This document shows positions 59,445 through 64,000 of a stretch of 64,000 bases of DNA, one piece after another; within the stretch, counting starts at the first letter, position 1, and each line of letters opens with the position of its first letter. Below the pieces are notes generated by a model, which saw nothing but the letters and a program-made list of their open reading frames with translations, had not been told where the DNA came from and did not search any database. The stretch covers positions 1,504,001 to 1,568,000 of the forward strand of contig CAWHDR010000001.1 of NCBI GenBank assembly GCA_963828165.1. The letters are read 5' to 3'. The stretch is from an uncultured Chloroflexia bacterium (GTDB lineage: Bacteria; Chloroflexota; Limnocylindria; Limnocylindrales; CSP1-4). The translations under genes were made by a program, and so were the position numbers.

Positions 59445-60037
59445 CTCGCGGTTTGGACCGTCGGGTCGCGGGGCAGCAACAGGCCGACCAGTCGATACAG
59501 CCCGTAACCCAGGGCGACGCCGAGGACGTTGATGATGATGTCATCGACATCGGCGACGCGGTACGGCGCGCCGACCAGCACGGACAGGGCAACTTGCACG
59601 GTCTCGAGGGCGAGCGAGATCGCCAGGCCGGCGCCAACGACCGCGGGTAGGGATCGCCAGCGCGGCCAGATGAGCGGCAGGAAGACGCCCAACGGGACGA
59701 AGGCGAGGGCGTTGCCGACCAGGACCCGTCCAGGCGGCCCGTCGAGCCCGAACCGGAGGGAGACGCGGATGGTCTCGAACGGCACGATGTTCGCCCATGG
59801 AAACGGCCACGGCCGGTAATCATCCAGATTCGCCGCTGGTAGCCGCGTCCACGGTGGAAGCGGAAACGGCGTGAACAGCAGCCCGATCAGCACGACGACA
59901 TAGGCCGCAAACGCGAGCCGGATGGACGACGGCCACCGACCGATACGGTCCCGCCCATTTGCCAACGCCACCACCGGCAGGACGATGATCAGTCCGAGCA
60001 GGATGAAGCTGGTCGTGGGGAACGTGTCCGAGCTCAC
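59441..60037 (-). CDS. VanZ family membrane protein
   Basis: NIVPFETI, GNALAFVPLG, ISLALETVQ, DVDDIIINVLG. Confidence 0.88.
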   Translation of the reverse strand: MSSDTFPTTSFILLGLIIVLPVVALANGRDRIGRWPSSIRLAFAAYVVVLIGLLFTPFPLPPWTRLPAANLDDYRPWPFPWANIVPFETIRVSLRFGLDGPPGRVLVGNALAFVPLGVFLPLIWPRWRSLPAVVGAGLAISLALETVQVALSVLVGAPYRVADVDDIIINVLGVALGYGLYRLVGLLLPRDPTVQTAS

Positions 60038-60074
60038 CGCTCGATCATCGCACCAGCGAAGCTGGTCAGGCTGC

Positions 60075-61472
60075 CTACCGCTCTTCCATCGTCGCCGGCA
60101 CCCGGGCGTCCTTGAAGATCTCGAGCGCTTCCGTTGCCAGGGATCGTGCCTCGAATGACGCCGTCGCCGGCACGATGACGGCGGAACCGTTCGCCCGGGC
60201 GAGGGCGGCGGCGGCAGCGTGCAGTTCCCGCAGGGTGATGGGTTCCGACGCGCCGTCCAGGGTGGCGATCATCTTCGCGCCGCTCTCGACCTGCAGGTGC
60301 AAGCGCGGACCGGTCGGGGTCGCCTCGAGCGGCAGGACCGAGATGGATGGGGTCGACGCCGGTTCGACTGGCGGTGGGGCCGGAGCGATCTCGGGCTGCG
60401 CCCCGACCGCCGCCGGCGCCGAAGGTGTCTCGATCGCCGCCGGTGTCTCGAGCGACCCGGGGATGGAGGTGGCGCCCGTCGCAGCCGTGATCGGACGATA
60501 CAGGTCGTCCGCTGCCGGGCGCGTCGGCGTGGCCGGCGGCGGATCCACGATGGCCGCCGCCGCATCCGCGATCGACCGGGTGGTGCCGGACGGCGCCCCG
60601 GCCGCGAGCGCAGTGCCGGGCACGACCCCCGCCGCGGGAGCAGCCCCTGCCGCGACCGATGCCTGCCCGCCCGCCAGCTGAGCGGCGCGTCGGCGAACGA
60701 TCCGTCGCTCGATCCACCAGATCAGGACGACCAGGAAGGTCGCACCGATGACGACCATGGCCGTGGCGATGGCCTGCACGACCAGCGTCTCCTGCACGGC
60801 CTCCTCGAGCGTGCCGGAGCCGAACAGGTCGAGATAGGCCGTGAAGCGTGGCGTGAGGTAGCCGCCCAGCAGCCCGACCCACGCCACGAAGATCAGCGCC
60901 TCGTGCTGGATCGACTCGGGGTCGAGCCGGCGGATGACGTCCCGCACGATGGCCGGGACACGGAACAGGTTCAGGCCCGGCAGGAAGTTCTCGACGAAGG
61001 CCATGAACCCGTCCGTGGGCGGATAGCCGAGTCCCAGCGCCGGCATCGCCACCACGACGCGGCTGAGCCAGAACGCCCACCCCGTCAAGGCGAGCACGGC
61101 GACGCCCAGCGTGGCGATGGCGATGCTGCCGGCCACGAGCGATTCCGCGGACTGGCCGAACGCCGGATCGTTGAGCAGCGCCGGATCCTTCAGGATGCGG
61201 CCGAACAGGACGGCGTCCGCGATGGTCGAGACGATCTGCATGACCGGGAGGAAGATCAGCAGCGCCGACGCGAGCAGTGCCGCCCGGCGGGACGGCCGGT
61301 ATTCAGGGAGGGCGATCTCGCGGAGCCTGCCGTGGCCGGTCCCCTCGATCTGCGACGGGTCGACGGCCGCAACATCACGGGGCGTCCGGCAGGCGTAGCA
61401 CTTCTTGGAGCGCAGGTTGTTGACCGATCGGCACTCGCCGCAGACCCAGATGTCCGCGTCCGTGCCGGCCAT
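60075..61472 (-). CDS. DUF4328-like membrane protein with N-terminal RanBP2-type zinc finger and Pro/Ala-rich tail
   Basis: WVCGECRSVNNLRSKKCYAC. TM region with WLSR...FLPGLNLFRVP. Confidence 0.7.
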   Translation of the reverse strand: MAGTDADIWVCGECRSVNNLRSKKCYACRTPRDVAAVDPSQIEGTGHGRLREIALPEYRPSRRAALLASALLIFLPVMQIVSTIADAVLFGRILKDPALLNDPAFGQSAESLVAGSIAIATLGVAVLALTGWAFWLSRVVVAMPALGLGYPPTDGFMAFVENFLPGLNLFRVPAIVRDVIRRLDPESIQHEALIFVAWVGLLGGYLTPRFTAYLDLFGSGTLEEAVQETLVVQAIATAMVVIGATFLVVLIWWIERRIVRRRAAQLAGGQASVAAGAAPAAGVVPGTALAAGAPSGTTRSIADAAAAIVDPPPATPTRPAADDLYRPITAATGATSIPGSLETPAAIETPSAPAAVGAQPEIAPAPPPVEPASTPSISVLPLEATPTGPRLHLQVESGAKMIATLDGASEPITLRELHAAAAALARANGSAVIVPATASFEARSLATEALEIFKDARVPATMEER

Positions 61473-62824
61473 CAGTGCTCCGTGGTGCCCGTGAACGACC
61501 AGCTCTCGATACGGAGCGCCGGGACGACGACCCCTCCAAGGAAGCCTTTCAGCGTCTTGCGCTCGCGGGCGACCGCGACCGTGCCCGCCATCGCATCGAG
61601 ATAGCTCTGGGTGAAGCGCAGGTTCTTCACGGGCCCGAGGATACGCCCGCCTTCGACGAGGAATGTGCCATCACGAGTCATGCCCGTGACGATCGCGAGC
61701 TTGGGGTGGACCGGGTTCGTGTAGTGGAACCGCGTGACCAACAGCCCGCGATCCAGACCGCCGATCAGCTCCTCGCGCGACGCGGACCCGCCGGCCATGA
61801 CCTGGTTGAGCGGGAACGGGCCGTACGGATTGGGGGCCGGCAGGCCATGCCCCGTCGACGCCACGCCGTCACGAGCGGCGGTCTGGCCGTCGTACACGAC
61901 CCCCTGGCACACGCCGGCGTCGAGCAGCGTCACCCGTTGCTTGGCCACGCCCTCGTAGTCGAAACCCATCGGGAGCCCCGCGGGGTCGCGCCCGTCGTCG
62001 ACGACCGAGACCAGATCGCTGCCGATGCGCTTGCCGATCTCGACGAAGCTGCGCTCTTCCTGGACGGCGAGGGCCGAGAACCCGAGGTAGCCGAGCATGT
62101 CGAGCAGGTCCACGACGGCGTATTCCTCGAGGACGACGGGGTAGTCGCCGGCATCGATGGCAACCGCGTTCGCGGTCGCGCGCGCCTTGTCCGACGCTTC
62201 CCGGCCGATCGCGGCCGCGTCGATGGTCGTGGCGTCGACCGCGGCCTGCTCCGCGTACCCCGTGCCTCCATTCGGCCCCATGGAGACCGTCAGCAGCTGG
62301 GCCACGGTCCGCGTGCCCGCCGCGCGAACGCCCTTCGAATTGGCCACGGCCGTGGTCTCCGTGCCCGTCGAGAACGATCCGTAGCCGATGACCCCGGCCG
62401 CATCGGCCGCGGCGATGACGGCTCGGACGCCGTCGGCGCGCAGCTCCGGCGAGGCTTCAGCCGTGCCCGCGGCGTAGCCGGCCGGGACATCCTCGATCGG
62501 GGTTGGCTCGGGCAGTCCGCCCCAGTCCTCGAGCTCCTCCACGACCCGGGCGATCGCGGCGGCATTGGCGGCCAGCCGACGGATCCCCTCGTCGTCCGTG
62601 CGCCCCGACGAGGCCACACCCACCCGCTTCCCGACCGCGAACCGCAGGTTGATCGAGACGTTCGTCTCGGCGACGTTCTGGTGGATCTGGCTGTTCGCGA
62701 AGCGGGTCAGTGCGGCGTCCTCGGCCATGACGAGTGCCTCGCACTCGGAGGCGCCTTCGCGCTCGGCGTGGGCGAGGACGCGTTTCGCGAGGCCCAGCGC
62801 GTCGCGGGCCCGGTCGTCGTTCAT
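61472..62824 (-). CDS. TldE/PmbA family protein
   Basis: LTRFANSQIHQN, GDYPVVLE, FDYEGV, STGHG, TGMTRDGTFLVEGG, NLRF. No HExxxH motif. Confidence 0.88.
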   Translation of the reverse strand: MNDDRARDALGLAKRVLAHAEREGASECEALVMAEDAALTRFANSQIHQNVAETNVSINLRFAVGKRVGVASSGRTDDEGIRRLAANAAAIARVVEELEDWGGLPEPTPIEDVPAGYAAGTAEASPELRADGVRAVIAAADAAGVIGYGSFSTGTETTAVANSKGVRAAGTRTVAQLLTVSMGPNGGTGYAEQAAVDATTIDAAAIGREASDKARATANAVAIDAGDYPVVLEEYAVVDLLDMLGYLGFSALAVQEERSFVEIGKRIGSDLVSVVDDGRDPAGLPMGFDYEGVAKQRVTLLDAGVCQGVVYDGQTAARDGVASTGHGLPAPNPYGPFPLNQVMAGGSASREELIGGLDRGLLVTRFHYTNPVHPKLAIVTGMTRDGTFLVEGGRILGPVKNLRFTQSYLDAMAGTVAVARERKTLKGFLGGVVVPALRIESWSFTGTTEH

Positions 62825-62831
62825 GGACGGC

Positions 62832-64000
62832 CTACCACTTGCCGACCCCGACCTGGACATCGCGGAAGCGTGCCCCCGGAACGGCATGCCCGACGTGTCC
62901 TGTCTGGCCAGGCTCGCCCTTCCCGCAGTTGGGCGTGCCGAGCATCACGTAACTGCGCTCGTCGCCCACGGCGTCGCACGATCGCCAGAACTCGTAGGTG
63001 ATGCCGGTGTACGTCGGGTTCTTGAACAGGCGTCCCTTCTTCCCGCCCTTGATCTCGTACGCGACCTCCGTCGCGAACTGGAAGTTCAGGCGCCGGTCGT
63101 CGATGGACCACGAGCGGTTCGAGGCGAGGTACAGGCCGTCGTCGGTGTCGGCGACGATCTCGTCCAGGCTCATCCCGGGCTTGGGCAGCAGGTTGATGTT
63201 CGTCATGCGGATGAGGGGGATGCGGTTCCAGCCGTCCGCCCGCATCGCGCCTCCGCTCTGGCGCCCGATCTTCGGGGCCGTCTCGCGCGACGTGAGGTAG
63301 CCCACGAAGATGCCGTCCTGGACCAGCGGCACCGCTTGGGCGGTCACGCCCTCATCGTCCCACCCGAACGTGCCCAGGCCGCCGGGCGCCGTCGCATCCG
63401 CCACGATGTCGACCAGGTCGGAGCCGTAGCGGAACCCTTCCTCGAGCTTGTCGGTCGTCAGGAAGCTCGTCCCGGCGTAGCTCGCCTCGGTGCCGAACAC
63501 CCGATCGAGCTCCGTCGGGTGGCCGCAGCTCTCGTGGACCTGCAGGTACAGCTGACTCGGGTCCAGGACGATCGTGAACCGGCCGCTCGGGCACTGCGGG
63601 GCGGTCAGGAGCGCGACCGCCTCTTCGGCCAATGGCTGGGCGCGATCCGCGAGGCCGAGGCGGCGGATGAACTCATAGCCGGCGGCCTGCCAGCCGCCGC
63701 CCGAATCGGGGTACGACCGGCGCTGATGCTCGTCGCCGTCGACCGCGTTCGCTTCAACGGCCGACCCCACGTGGGTGATCGTCTGTTCCGTGTACGAGCC
63801 GTCGGTCGCGGCGAACGTCTTCCATTCGCGCTGGGCCGCGTACATCGACTCGGTGAAGGCGATGCCCTTGACCCGCGCGGCCGCCTCGTCGGCGGCGAGC
63901 AGGTCCCCGATCTTGCGCTCGAGCGGGACCGAGAACGGGTCCTCTTCGACCGGGGTCTCGAATCGGCCTGTGGCGGGCGGCCGATCGTCGAGGACCATGG
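62832..64000 (-). CDS. tldD: TldD family metalloprotease (5'-truncated by window edge)
   Basis: HESCGHPTELDR, WDDEGV, RMTNINL, NFQF, NCGKGEPGQ. Confidence 0.9.
   Translation of the reverse strand, partial: MVLDDRPPATGRFETPVEEDPFSVPLERKIGDLLAADEAAARVKGIAFTESMYAAQREWKTFAATDGSYTEQTITHVGSAVEANAVDGDEHQRRSYPDSGGGWQAAGYEFIRRLGLADRAQPLAEEAVALLTAPQCPSGRFTIVLDPSQLYLQVHESCGHPTELDRVFGTEASYAGTSFLTTDKLEEGFRYGSDLVDIVADATAPGGLGTFGWDDEGVTAQAVPLVQDGIFVGYLTSRETAPKIGRQSGGAMRADGWNRIPLIRMTNINLLPKPGMSLDEIVADTDDGLYLASNRSWSIDDRRLNFQFATEVAYEIKGGKKGRLFKNPTYTGITYEFWRSCDAVGDERSYVMLGTPNCGKGEPGQTGHVGHAVPGARFRDVQVGVGKW

Overview
GC-rich bacterial chromosomal segment with about 58 genes. Gene content suggests a Chloroflexota-like soil or freshwater lineage (inference only). 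I found no rRNA, tRNA, CRISPR array, transposase or integrase. In order, the window holds: a nitrilase-family gene; two paralogous TadE-PKD/TadE/TadG minor-pilin cassettes; a two-component pair; a giant repetitive adhesin with a frameshift-riddled 5' part; a putative glucosylglycerate operon (Ggs-like GT, USP-USP-GpgS fusion, GNAT, glycerate kinase, Nth); a catalytically degenerate ligase-like domain; galE, CCA-adding enzyme and HNH genes; a dispersed leucine-degradation set whose biotin carboxylase carries an excisionase-like HTH; pdxST; a Ycf45-like ATPase; a partner-switching locus; a cysteine desulfurase-like gene, VanZ, DUF4328 and tldD/pmbA. The best novelty candidate is the 48.9-56.5 kb locus. 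There, two output-less membrane receptors end in what looks like the first part of a GAF domain, and the co-operonic PP2C/anti-sigma-kinase fusion starts with the complementary remainder, suggesting a 'split-GAF' plug-in receptor system. Many genes look leaderless, and several intergenic gaps hold small arrays of 15-19 bp palindromes. All family assignments come from motifs read by eye, not from database searches.
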